From assembly GCF_001194135.2 (NCBI RefSeq), contig NC_068990.1, forward strand, positions 12,031,297-12,095,296: DNA of 64,000 bases, read 5' to 3'. Below are positions 25,938 to 37,820 of this stretch, one piece after another. Positions within the stretch are counted from its first letter, which is position 1. Every line of letters begins with the position of its first letter. This DNA comes from Octopus bimaculoides. Its lineage: Eukaryota. The notes under the pieces are model-generated. The model searched no databases, was not told the origin of the DNA, and worked only from the letters and a program-made list of their open reading frames with translations. Position numbers and translations under genes: made by a program.

Positions 25938-26041
25938 GAGGTTAGCTCAATGAGAGTTGATCTGAGGTTAGCTCAATGAGAGTTGATCTGAGGTTAGCTC
26001 AATGAGAGTTGATCTGAGGTTAGCTCAATGAGAGTTGATCT
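25938..26041 (+). repeat. 26-bp perfect tandem repeat x4 (gaggttagctcaatgagagttgatct)
   Basis: Four identical units with no spacers. Confidence 0.97.
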
Positions 26042-26076
26042 GGATCTAAATGATAGCAATATTGACTATCTTAAAA

Positions 26077-26528
26077 AGGTGGAGAACTGGCATAAACCTT
26101 AGCATGCGGGGCAAAATGCTTAGCGATATTTCATTTGTCTTTACATTCTGAATTCAAATTCCACTGAGGTCGACTTTGCTTTTCATCCTTTTCAGAGCTG
26201 AGTCGATAAATTAGATACCAGATGCGTTCTGGGGTCAATCTAATCAACTGGCCTCCTCCTCAAAAATTTCAGGCCTTGTGCTTAGAGTAGAACAGAATTT
26301 CTCCTCTTTCAAGGCAGCAAGCTGGTAGAAACCTTAGCATGGTGGACGAAATGCTTAGCAGTATTTTATCTGTCTTTACGTTCTGAGTTCAAATTTCATT
26401 GAGTCGACTTTGCTTTTTATCCAATTTGGAGCCGATAAATTAGGTACCAGTTGCATACTGGGGTCAATCTAATCGACGGTCACCCTCCCCAAAAATTTCG
26501 AGCCTTGTGCCTTGAGTAGAAAATAATA
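26077..26528 (+). mobile_element. Two head-to-tail SINE A copies (26077-26298 and 26311-26528)
   Basis: Each copy has head, gagttcaaatt/gaattcaaatt box, ggggtcaatctaatc and ccttgtgc(c)ttagagtagaa end. Confidence 0.92.
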
Positions 26529-26616
26529 TTAAAAATCTTAAAATGAATGTCAGCATGTGTTAGAAACAACAAGCTATTCAACTAGCACAAACTACACTAG
26601 CTTTCACCACCAACAA

Positions 26617-26772
26617 ATCAGTGTTAGTGTGATTAAAAAACTTGTTTCCCGACCATGTGGTTTTAGGTTCAGTCTAACTGCATGGCACCTTGAACAAGTG
26701 TCTTTTACTACAGCTCTAGGCTGAACAAAGTCTTGTGAGTGGATTTGGTAGTTGGAGACTGAAAGAAGCCTG

Positions 26773-26814
<42 letters not shown>

Positions 26815-27029
26815 CCTTGTCTAAACATCATATGTGATGGTTATGAATGAGCATCATCATCATACAAGCAATCCTGTATGACACATGAGGCATGTCTAGT
26901 GTTAGGAAAGTAATACCTTGCTGGGAAACGAGTGAAGGTTGGTGACAGGAAGAACATCCAGTTGTAAGAAATCTGCCTTGACATATTCCGTCTGACCCAT
27001 GCAAGCGTAGAATAGTAAATATTAAAGAA

Positions 27030-27065
<36 letters not shown>
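26617..27065 (+). mobile_element. SINE with a family B head, (GT)n and a family-C-like RTE tail ending in (GAT)n
   Basis: The B head runs to gaaagaagcctgtt(gt)n. The 3' end ggaagaacatccagttgtaagaaatctgcc..tgacccatgcaagc..ttaaagaagatgatgat parallels family C. Confidence 0.8.
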
Positions 27066-27072
<7 letters not shown>

Positions 27073-27082
27073 NNNNNNNNNN

Positions 27083-27125
<43 letters not shown>

Positions 27126-28578
27126 ATATTAGGAACAGGAAATTATTCAGCTGCCATAAATGACACAAGTTTTTACTACCATTGCTAGCATTTTCAACTG
27201 TCCACCGCCACTGCCAACACCACAGCACTCTTCATTCATGCAAAATGATATTGATTAAAACACTTTCACTTCTCTTCTTGATGGAACACCACAACATCCA
27301 TATCAATTCTCCAGATGTGTAATTGTGCATTTACTAAGATAATGAAATCTCCCTTTTTGTTTTGTTTTTTTTATTAATTCAAAGACATTGCACAAAAGTT
27401 TAATCTTCTTTAAGCTTGTGAGTAAAGCTTGACCTTTAAAATTTGATCTTATGCAGTTTCCAACATAAATTATTATGAACTCAGATCAGTGTTAAAACTG
27501 ACCTTTCAGCAACCAGAAAGAGTTCATCTTTATGTGTTTGTCCAATGGGAGTTGACCTTTTTGGTCAACTTTGTTTATGCATCCATGTTAAATTATTTCT
27601 TTCTGGTCAAAGAAATCAGGAATTTCATTTAAATAGAAGGTTCTGATATCAGAAAAGGTTAAATTTGCCTTGATGCATTATTTTTGGAAAATATAAAACC
27701 CCTGCTGTATCTTATATTCTGTTGACCTTGAATGATATGAGGGACCTTACTGTCTGGACATTGAATCTACACTGACCAATACTTCTGGAGGACACAATGC
27801 TTATCGACCATATAGCTAAAGCATTGAATTTTAATTGATCTTACTTCAGGAACAATAAATATTTGGATGAGCTGACCTCTACAAGATTGTATGACCTACT
27901 AGAAACAGGATCCAAATTGCCCTCAAATCATATCCTTCCATTTGGATGAGCCAATATGGAAATCTCTACAAGATTATTTGATTTACTAGAAGTAAAAGTC
28001 AAAGCCATCTCAAATCACATTCTACCATCTTATAAAAGGAAGGACACATTTGAAAATTGTGGGTGGTCCTTTTACACTGTGACTGAAAAAGAAAAAAGAA
28101 AATGGTGTGTTTGGAATATCTTTAAAGATCAGTCTGGTCAGTTGCTGCTGACCAAGGGTTAAACAATAACAGCAATCTAATAAGTGGAACACCGGACTCT
28201 AAGTTATTAGAGTTTAGTATTACTAAGACCTGATAGTTAATATCTGGCAAGGAAAATGTGATCTGAGGATGTTCCAGTGTTGCAGTTTAGGGAATGAAAG
28301 GTGCCAGTGTTTAGTTTGAGGCTCATAACACAAATCGTTATAATATAATCAGCCGTCCAAAGCATCTGGTCAGTAAAAATGATCAGTGAAGTTGATGGAT
28401 TGAATTAAGTTTGCATGCCATGGGTAGAAGAGGAATATGTCCCACTATATAAATTTATCTCCTTTCTTTTCTTTGGTCCTTAACTCTTAATGGGGTTACA
28501 AAGGCATCTCAATTGGGGTAAGTCCTTTATTTTCCATGTCTGACAACAGCTGATTTCTTTCAAAACAAATAGCAAGTA

Positions 28579-28646
<68 letters not shown>

Positions 28647-29609
28647 CAGACAGACAAAGAGAGAGAAATTGTGTGTGAGAGAGAAACTGATATCAGTGCT
28701 GGACTGGTAATTTATTCATTGAATTTAAAAGGATAAAAAAAGACAAAGCTGAATGTAGCAGGATTTGAACTCAGATCTCAGAGTACTAGAATGAACACTC
28801 ATGATGCTACCACTTCATCATTTTATAAACTTATGCAAACTCACAAGCATCATTTCCTCCTAACATGGTGATTGAATAATGAATTCCAATCTCCTTGTTT
28901 TACAGTTGTTGACATTACAATACACACTTTCTTATTGAAAAATGCTCTTGTTTGTCACTGGATGAGATATATTAAAAGGAACAGGAATCAATGTCATGGT
29001 GATATTAATGTAAAAGTCAAAGAGAAGATACAGCAAATATATGAGTAGGTTAGTCGCTGATTGCCATGTTAAATTAGCCATAACATAAAACCACTTTAAT
29101 TTAGTTTACTGAGGATACCTGGATGTTAGGATAATGGTTGATTGTAGAGTCCAAATGTTTTGATAACATTCGACAATGGTGACATAATGCTTGTATTCCA
29201 ATTTCTTTTGGTTAAACCACAAGTTAAGTTTTGCATGGATAGATGTGTGGCTGATTGAATTTTAATCCACAATATATTGATTTCTGACGTTGGCAAGAAT
29301 TCATGACATTGACAAAGTGAGGTATTTAGACAATAATATCAATCTCAGTATTTGACTGGTATTTATTTTATCAATCCCAGACAGATGAAATGTAAATGTG
29401 ACTGATACAAGGATAGGAAATTTAATGGGGAAGTAAGTCAACTACAGTGACCCCAGTGGTACTTATTTTATCAACCCTGAAAGGATGAAAGGCAAAATTC
29501 GAGTGGGGCATTTTATGAAGCTGGGAGAAGTGGCATACATTGTAAGGCTGACCTACGTTACTGAATATCCTGATGCCAACTCTGGACTGGACATCCATCT
29601 TTCATTGGG

Positions 29610-30000
29610 GAAAGTGCATGGCTTAGTTGTTGGAATATTGCACTCATGATTGCAACATCGGGATTTCAATTCCTGAATCAGGTGGTGTATTGTACTCTTG
29701 AGCGAAACCATATCATGAATATTGTTCGAAAACAATTATTCAAAAACAGTTATTCAAAACAAATATAATTTGTGTACTTGATTTTTAATTGTATCATTTT
29801 TGTTTAAAGAAAATAAAAAATCTAGAATAATTTCGAATAATTGTCCTTTTGACTAATTTTCATTCATACAATTTTCCATTCGAATAAATGTTTTTCGAAT
29901 AATTGTTTTCCAATAATTGTTTTCGAACAATATTCACATAATCGAGTGAAACACTTCATTTTCATATTGCTCCAATCTACTTAGCTGTAAGTCAACTAGT
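29610..30000 (+). mobile_element. SINE family E (tRNA-like head, ttgagcaa.acactt core), split by a foldback MITE; second copy at ~33430-33605 (-)
   Basis: The head gtgcatggcttagttgttgg..tttcaattcctg and core ctcttgagcgaaac resume after the insert as gaaacacttcattttcatattgctcc. Confidence 0.65.
29709..29943. mobile_element. Foldback/MULE-like MITE with subrepeated TIRs and a 9-bp TSD
   Basis: tgaatattgttcgaaaacaattatt.. (from 29716) is the reverse complement of ..aataattgttttcgaacaatattca (to 29936). A ~14-bp subrepeat recurs. Flanks are gagcgaaac (29700-29708) and gagtgaaac (29944-29952). Confidence 0.75.
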
Positions 30001-30449
30001 ATCCTTTACAAGGGACACTTTGTGATCTTGGTCTCTTATAACACTTATAACACCATAGAAACTGAATAAGTGTCCCTACAAGTCTAAGGACCAGAGACAG
30101 TTATCTCGAAGGGGTTGACAAAGTTAGAAGATAAAACACTTGTCAATTTTACTTAACAGTCACTGTTTACAGCAGCAGCTGATAAAAACGTCTGTCTGTT
30201 GTTGCTCAATCTGTGAGACATAGCAAACAAACATTCCTCAAATCATCTTCTTAGAAAAAGGAGGACACATTAAGTAATCTAATTCAAGAGACCCTTAAAA
30301 AAAAAAGACAAGATGGTCATGTCCAGCAAAACTTTGGTTATCACATCAAACCTATCAAGACCAGTTGCTCAACTTGCCTGATGTAGTAATCATACGCCAC
30401 TCAGCTTACACCCCAGCAGCTAAAAAAAAAAAGAATGAAGGGTTCATTT

Positions 30450-30660
30450 ATCACCACCATCATCATCATCATCATCATTTAACATTTTTTGCCATGCTGG
30501 TATGTGTTGGATGCTTTGACAGGAGCTAGTAAGGCCAGGGCCCACACCAGGCTCAGTCGTTTGTTCTGGCATGGCTTCTATGTCTGGATGCCCTTCCTAA
30601 TGCCACACACTCCACAGAATGTAATGGGTGCTTTTTACGTGGCACCAGCACCCAAGACAT
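30450..30660 (-). mobile_element. Family C copy
   Basis: (cat)n ttaac..ccatgctggtatg..tctggatgcccttcctaatgcca..gggtgctttttacgtggcaccagcac. Confidence 0.85.
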
Positions 30661-31369
30661 GATGTTTGTATCTAGCAAGCTTTGGATAATCACATCAAAC
30701 CTACTACTATTGGTTGTACCACCACCCCATACCCAAACTAATGTATGTACTATTTCTACACCAACAACAGAAGTGATGACGAGGATAAACATATTGAATC
30801 TATGTCTACCACTACTACCACCTAAACCTCAATAAATAACTGATTCATATACAGTACCAATACCAATACCATAACCAAAAATCTGGCATCACCACCAATG
30901 TTATCATCATTGGTAGCACTATCATGACCACATTTGGATCAGGGATAACCTTGGACTAAATGACAACATTCAGTGCAGTAAGAAGAGTGAGTCAGTGACA
31001 CTTAGGACTATTATTGTGGACAACAGTACAACTGCACTGATGATAGAATGCAATGACTTCTCAACTGGTTATTCAGCAACATGTTGACCCAGATATCTGC
31101 AAATTATCCATTAATAAAGTTTGACTTTAAAATCCTCATACTTTATGGGGTAACATGTTTTTCTTCTGTTGTTTTTTAATTAAATAGCTGACATTATATG
31201 TGATTAATAAGAAGATGGAGTGACAAAAATAGCAAATGCTGGATTAAATATCATACTGTATTTTGCTTCTGAGCTGAAATCTTGCAAGAAATGATTTCTG
31301 TTGCTTGTGTTTTCATAAGATTGATAAAATAATTAAGTTACTAGAACCTTCTTTATTTTGTGTCTTGGG

Positions 31370-31570
31370 AGGGTCGTTATGGCAACAATTTCAAGGGAGA
31401 GGGTAAGTTGATTACATCAACTCCAGCGCTTGACTGTTACTTATTGTATTGATCCCACCGAAAGAATGAAATGCTAAGTTAGTTTTGGAAGAATTTGAAC
31501 TCAGAACATAAAGATAATCAAAATGCTGCTAAGTATTTTGGTTGGTTTGCTAACAATTCCGCCAGCTTGT
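31370..31570 (-). mobile_element. SINE A, degenerate
   Basis: gaatttgaactcagaacataaag..aatgctgctaagtatttt..gctaacaattccgccagct. Confidence 0.7.
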
Positions 31571-32205
31571 CACTTTTGTCATTAAAGGATAAACGAGTGC
31601 ACAAGTTCAATCATGAGATTTTTGTCACTCAAATTCCATGCACCTGTAATCTTTATTTTTCACCTAAAATTAGTGGCATCATGCTCATGTCACAAGAATA
31701 TATATATATATATATATATATATATNNNNNNNNNNNNNNNNNNNNNNNNNNNNNNNNNNNNNNNNNNNNNNNNNNNNNNNNNNNNNNNNNNNNNNNNNNN
31801 NNNNNNNNNNNNNNNNNNNNNNNNNNNNNNNNNNNNNNNNNNNNNNNNNNNNNNNNNNNNNNNNNNNNNNNNNNNNNNNNNNNNNNNNNNNNNNNNNNNN
31901 NNNNNNNNNNNNNNNNNNNNNNNNNNNNNNNNNNNNNNNNNNNNNNNNNNNNNNNNNNNNNNNNNNNNNNNNNNNNNNNNNNNNNNNNNNNNNNNNNNNN
32001 NNNNNNNNNNNNNNNNNNNNNNNNNNNNNNNNNNNNNNNNNNNNNNNNNNNNNNNNNNNNNNNNNNNNNNNNNNNNNNNNNNNNNNNNNNNNNNNNNNNN
32101 NNNNNNNNNNNNNNNNNNNNNNNNNNNNNNNNNNNNNNNNNNNNNNNNNNNNNNNNNNNNNNNNNNNNNNNNNNNNNNNNNNNNNNNNNNNNNNNNNNNN
32201 NNNNN

Positions 32206-32247
<42 letters not shown>

Positions 32248-32585
32248 CACAAGCAGTGTATGTATATGCATGCAATGTGTTCAATTTCACTTCTTTATTA
32301 TTAATCAGCTGGTTAATTATTTAACCATTTGGTTAAACAATTTAATCAGCTGTCTGTCTAAGTCGTTTGAAAGGCCATTCTCGACCTCATCAAGGGCTTG
32401 CTCTCTCTCTCTCTCCTCTAGATCTGCTTCAAATCTTTTTTTTTACTTCCACACTACAATCTGGAAAGTTGAACTCTTCATTGCTAACTTTACTTATGAT
32501 AGCAGCTAACTCTCTTTCAAATATCACACTCTTCTACTTGTTTCAACCTTCGAATTTGTACAACTATTTGTTTTGCTGTATTTTT

Positions 32586-32634
<49 letters not shown>

Positions 32635-32837
32635 GCTTATCCTGTTATTACTTGGTTTTTAATTCTTTTCACAATGACTACTTCTTCCAGATTTGTAATC
32701 TCGGATTACTAATTGCAAGCAATTTATGGAAACAATTGATACCCGTTGCTTGTAGTATCTTCTTTGCATTTTGACAGAAAAGAAACCAGGAATAACCACA
32801 AACTATGGTTTTTATCCAATTGGTTTTAGCAGAAGCA

Positions 32838-33270
32838 AGCATGGCTATGTCACTGAGAACTTCACTTTAGAATGACATGGTTCCATTTTTGAATCCATTT
32901 TGTGGCACATTGAGCAAATGTCTTCTTTTGTAGCCTCAGACAAACCAGTATCTTGTGAGTAGATTTGGTAGACAGAAACTGCTTCGGCTGGATGCCCCCC
33001 ACCCCCAACACCAACTGCATTACAAAGTAAATTGGGTGCTTTTTATGTCGCACGAGCACAGGCAAGGTCTGGTTTAACATGGTTATTGTGTTTGGATACC
33101 TTTCTTACACACACACACCATATACAATGGGATTCTTTCACCTTCCATCTACAAAACCCACTCAAAATGGTTTGGTCAGCTTGAAGCTATAATAGAAGAC
33201 ACTTGTCCAAAGTGAATCACAGTAAAATTAAATGTGAAACTACATGGTTGAGAAGCAAACTTCTTTCTTA
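32838..33270. mobile_element. Cluster of SINE fragments: B head (+, ~32838-32985), C fragment (-, ~32990-33100), B head (-, ~33120-33270)
   Basis: Matches to the B head (agatttggtagacagaaactg; tagaagacacttgtccaa) and to C (ggctggatgccc). Confidence 0.65.
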
Positions 33271-34019
33271 ACCACTCAACCATTCCTTTTGCTGTATAAT
33301 GAAATGATGGTACCCTCCGGCAGTTCAAGAAAGATGGTTCTGTAATTTTTTCCTGTACAAATGTTTTGTTTGTAGTGATTAAATGTCTGTGTATTAACCC
33401 ACTCCATCAAATTAACTCCCTCATCAAATCAGTGTTGCTTGAGCTGGTGTACATTGTACCACGTCTCAGATGTCAAAGCAATCTCAGAACAACATGAGAT
33501 GAAGTATTTTGCTCAAGAACATAAACACCATCCTGTCCAGGAATTGAAACTATGATCACATGATTGTGAGCACAACACCCAAACCACAAAGCCATGCACC
33601 CTCACATAATGAAATACTCTGAAACACAATAATATAGAATGCTATCACAAAATAAAATAGAGGTAAATATAACAGCATGTGTATTTAATGGCTGGTATAA
33701 CACCACAATAATGAAATTGTTTTAATAGTTATTTCTTTGACTGATTCCAAGAAATTCACTTGTTTGAAGTAATCACTGGTCTTCAATAACATATTTTGTT
33801 CAAATAACTTCAAAGGTTTTACTGCTTGATAAATCACTAGCGTTGGATTCTATATGTTATAAGTTCATAGACTTTAAAAGGGGAAAAAAAGAGAGGCATC
33901 TTTTCTTCTTGTATTTCTACCTTTCCAGCTGGAATGTGATGTTATTGTGTTGCTTGATTCCAAATCAGCCCTAATTTAAAAGTCCTACGATCAAAGGCAT
34001 TTTAGTTTCGACCATCTTG

Positions 34020-34291
34020 TCTTTTGTATTTTATTTGTGTATCTATTTGTCTGTCTGTTTGTAGTTCATTGCTTGCTTCAGTCATTGGACTGCAGCCGTG
34101 TCGGGACACCTTGAACGGTTTAGTCAAACAAATCGTCCCCAGTACTTTATTTTCCTTTTTTAAGTCTAATACTTATTCTGTTGGCCTCCTTTTGCTGAGC
34201 TGCTGGGTTATGGGGACATAAACAAACCAACACCAGTTACCAAGTGATAGAGAATGGTCAAACACATACGCAAAAACACACACACTTACAA

Positions 34292-34320
<29 letters not shown>
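34020..34320 (-). mobile_element. SINE B 3' half
   Basis: ttcagtcattggactgcagccgtgtcgggacacc..ctttttgctgagctgct..ggggacataaacaaaccaacacc, then (CA)n(TA)n. Confidence 0.8.
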
Positions 34321-34322
<2 letters not shown>

Positions 34323-34516
34323 CAGCAATAAATTTTTAATTCTTAACCAAGTGATAATGCTACTAAAATAGTGGGAACAGGATAAGTTATCCATATATTG
34401 CAAGAAAATACGTTACTGGCCAGTAACGTATTTTCCTGCAATATATGGATAATTTATCCTGTTCCCACTATTTTATTAGCATTATCACGTGGTTAAGAAT
34501 TAAAAATTTATTTCTG
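34323..34516. mobile_element. Loopless palindromic MITE (CAG...CTG termini, TA flanks; Tc1/mariner-like)
   Basis: The two ~100-bp arms are centred between 34419 and 34420 (actgg|ccagt) with 5 mismatched pairs. TA lies at 34321-34322 and 34517-34518. Confidence 0.88.
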
Positions 34517-34708
34517 TATCATTCAATACAACTCAACACTTCTAAAACAAACCTTGTTTGTTTACTTTCATCGTAAGTTNNNNNNNNNNNNNNNNNNNNN
34601 NNNNNNNNNNNNNNNNNNNNNNNNNNNNNNNNNNNNNNNNNNNNNNNNNNNNNNNNNNNNNNNNNNNNNNNNNNNNNNNNNNNNNNNNNNNNNNNNNNNN
34701 NNNNNNNN

Positions 34709-34799
<91 letters not shown>

Positions 34800-34802
<3 letters not shown>

Positions 34803-34980
34803 TATATATATACACAATGAGCTTCCACACAGTTTCCATCTACCAAATTTACCCCCAAGGTATTGGTTGGTCCAGAGCTATAGTAGAAGATACTTGCCCA
34901 AGGTGTCATGCAGTGGGACTGAACCTAAAACCACACAATGACAAAGTGAGCTACTTAACCAAACAACCATACTAGCATCT
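34800..34980 (-). mobile_element. SINE B head
   Basis: gagcttccacacagtttccatctaccaaattt..tagtagaagatacttgcccaaggtgtcatgcagtgggactgaacc. Confidence 0.85.
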
Positions 34981-35511
34981 TTCTTTTCCCTTATTTTTTT
35001 TTTCAAAAGTGTTGTAATCTTTGTGACCTAATTTTTCTAAGATAATACAGTGGACTACTTGAAAGAGAAAGGTTAGGCTGTTATTTCTAGCAAGTCATGT
35101 GACCGTATAAAAGCTCTTTAGCAGAGAATTTGTCATTGAAGACGAAATAGAAATATGAATTACTGAGCGGTTTCAACAATATTAGACAAACAATGTTAGA
35201 CAATTGCAATAACATTTTAGTTTAACAATGTCCATTGAATTTCAAGTCCATAGTTCATAAAAGGAATTTGATATATGGTCACAGTTTGATTGTAGCATAT
35301 ATATGACTGGTTTATGGTCAATGAGAGGGAATAAATCCTTGGTCAATATTTATTTTATCATAATATTGTTAGACTAATCACTTTCTCCAGTTATTAAATA
35401 CATAGTGTACTGTTATAGTTTTTAGTGCTTGTTTGTATTAACCGTTTCTCAATCATACAAGGAATAATGATGATGATGACGATGACAACGACGACGATGA
35501 TGATGATGATG

Positions 35512-35859
35512 ACAGTGTTTCTCTAAAAGAAATGGAGAAACCTTCAAAATGCAAATACCTGAAAATAGAGGTAACTCGTAAAACCGAAACAATTCCTATC
35601 ATAGTAGGCATATTAGGTATGATAAAAAAAAAATTCAAACAAATAAATAAAAAAAACACCAGGACTAACAACTATATATAACATATAGAAAATTGCACTA
35701 CTGGGCACTGCACACATTCTAAGTAAAACACTTTCAATACAGTAACAATAAGAGTATCACAACAAACCATAGCACATACCCAAGGCACAGAGCTGCACTC
35801 GGTAGTGCAGAGAAAGCATGTGATAAAAATAAGACTACTGAATAATATTGATAATAATC

Positions 35860-35904
<45 letters not shown>

Positions 35905-35910
35905 TTAATA
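35512..35910 (+). mobile_element. 3' end of an RLE-type (R4/Dong-like) LINE with 3' UTR and (AAT)n tail
   Basis: Reads VSLKEMEKPSKCKYLKIEVTRKTETIPIIVGILGMIKKKFKQINKKTPGLTTIYNI*KIALLGTAHILSKTLSIQ*. A UTR hairpin lies at 35793-35810 and (AAT)n follows. Confidence 0.88.
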
Positions 35911-35921
35911 ATAATAATAAT

Positions 35922-36100
35922 GATATGGGGAAAGCAAGGATTTTGAAATTGGTATTTGGTTGTTAGGTATCATTGAAAGAGACCCTCATGAGACCCTTGA
36001 CACCAGGTTGCTGTCCGCTCTTTCAGAATTAACCAGAGCAAATAAAATCAAGAGCTCTGAGAAGTAAAATGGAAATAATAATAACAATAATAATAACAAT
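35922..36100 (+). mobile_element. Second, shorter RLE-type LINE 3' end between (AAT)n tracts
   Basis: MGKARILKLVFGC* resembles the GTARILRKVL terminus. The UTR gacccttgacaccaggttgctgtccgctc is followed by (AAT)n. Confidence 0.55.
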
Positions 36101-36480
36101 AATCCTTTCTATTGAAGGTACAAGGCCTGAAATTTTGTGGGGAGGGGACTAGTTAATCATATCAACCCCAGTGTATCACTGGTAATTATGTTATCGACCC
36201 CAAAAGGTTGAAAGGCAAATTTGAAATTGGCAGAATTTGAATTCAGAACATAAAGATGAATGAAATACTGCCAAACATTTTGCCCAGTGTGCCAATGGTT
36301 CTGCTATCCTTTCTGTAATAAGCACCAAGCATGAAATTTAGACTCAACTTGTATTCATTTCATCGACCCCTGAATGGAAGAAAGGCAAAGTCAACCTCAG
36401 TAGAATTTAAATTCAGAACATAAAGACCCAGAAAAAAATGCTTCTAAACATTTTGTCCTACACGTTAATGTTCCTACCAG
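36100..36480 (-). mobile_element. Two tandem SINE A copies (~36100-36308 and ~36310-36480)
   Basis: Both contain gaattt(g/a)aattcagaacataaaga and tcgacccc..gaaaggcaaa. Confidence 0.85.
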
Positions 36481-36633
36481 ATTGGCTGTGTGGTAAGTAG
36501 CTTGCTTACCAACCACATGGTTCTGGTTTCAGTCCCACTGCGTGGCACGTTGGGCAAGTGTCTTCTATTATAGCCTCGGGCCGACCAAAGCCTTGTGAGT
36601 GGATTTGGTAGACGGAAACTGAAAGAAGCCTGT

Positions 36634-36678
<45 letters not shown>

Positions 36679-37008
36679 ATATATANNNNNNNNNNNNNNN
36701 NNNNNNNNNNNNNNNNNNNNNNNNNNNNNNNNNNNNNNNNNNNNNNNNNNNNNNNNNNNNNNNNNNNNNNNNNNNTATATATGTATGTATGTGTGTGTAT
36801 ATGTTTGTGTGTCTGTGTTTGTCCCCCCCAACTTTGCTTGACAACCGATGCAGTTCAGCAAAAAGAGACCGATAGAATAAGTACCAGGCTTACAAAGAAT
36901 AAAATAAGTCCTGGGGTCGATTTGCTTGACTAAAGGCGGTGTCCCAGCATGGCCACAGTCAAAATACTGAAACAAGTAAAAGAGTAAAAGAATAAAAGAG
37001 TAATAAAG
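36481..37008 (+). mobile_element. SINE B, full length and young, with a gap in the internal microsatellite
   Basis: The head and tail are near consensus and end in aagtaaaagagtaaaagaataaaagag; the gap is at 36687-36775. Confidence 0.93.
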
Positions 37009-37165
37009 ATCAGAAACATTTTCAAAGTGTTTTCAAAATTGGATGCTTTTCTTATTCTGAATGTCTAAACTGTTATGTAAATGTTACTGACACTTATCAA
37101 TAACCAGTTTTATTAAAACCAATTGAGTTTCTGGAAACCAGACACATCAGCTTGTTAGGGTTAGG

Positions 37166-37820
37166 TTTACCCTGTTAGGAGTAATGTTTATTTATTCACA
37201 TTGTTTTGAATTAACCATGCATTACATTGTAGCTTTGAGATTTCAATGATGTGACTGTTTATATTTAGAATGACATCATATGTAGGGTAGGTGTAATAAG
37301 CCGGATCTGGATGGTTTGAACATAAAACAGACAATATTTGAGCTATACATGACTGGGTTAAATACTAAAGATTAAAATTGATAGAACTTCTGAATATTGA
37401 TTATTGAGTGCGGCATAATGACTGTACAAAAAGTTTCAAGTTTGACCAGAAACTTAACCTCATATCTGGCGCTTCATAATAATACCAGGCAAGAGATATT
37501 AGAGAAATACAATTAATGGTCTACAATATCATTTTACATTTTTATGGATGTTTGGTAATGGTCTTATTTTTTTTTATTCTTTTGCTGTCTAAAATATTAA
37601 ACATTTAACCCTTTAGCACTCAGATTACTCTGTTAAATGCAATACGAATTTATCCACATCATTTTGAATTAATAATGCATCATCTTGTAGCTCTTAGATT
37701 TTGCTGATATGGCTGTTTATTTTTAAAATGATGTTGTAGAGTAGGTGTGATAGGCCAGACCTGAGCAGTTTGAACAGAAAACAGGTTGAATATTTGGGCC
37801 AAATAATGTCAGTTTACATG
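37166..37820 (+). mobile_element. Two direct copies (~37166-37375 and ~37605-37820) of a TTAA-flanked piggyBac-like MITE
   Basis: Shared body: ttttgaattaa..atgcat..ttgtagct..agattt..gtagg.tgtg/ta..gcc.ga.ctg..gtttgaaca.aaaacag. Copy 2 starts ttaaccctttagc and copy 1 ends ctaaagattaa. Confidence 0.7.

Noticed and set aside
25938-26041. CRISPR-like direct repeats
   Set aside because: The units are contiguous with no spacers, there are no cas genes, and the context is eukaryotic.
27550-27571. Short hairpins (agttgacc-ttttt-ggtcaact; also 51872-51912 and ~61620-61640)
   Set aside because: Stems of 8-10 bp are expected by chance, and bacterial-type terminators are irrelevant here.
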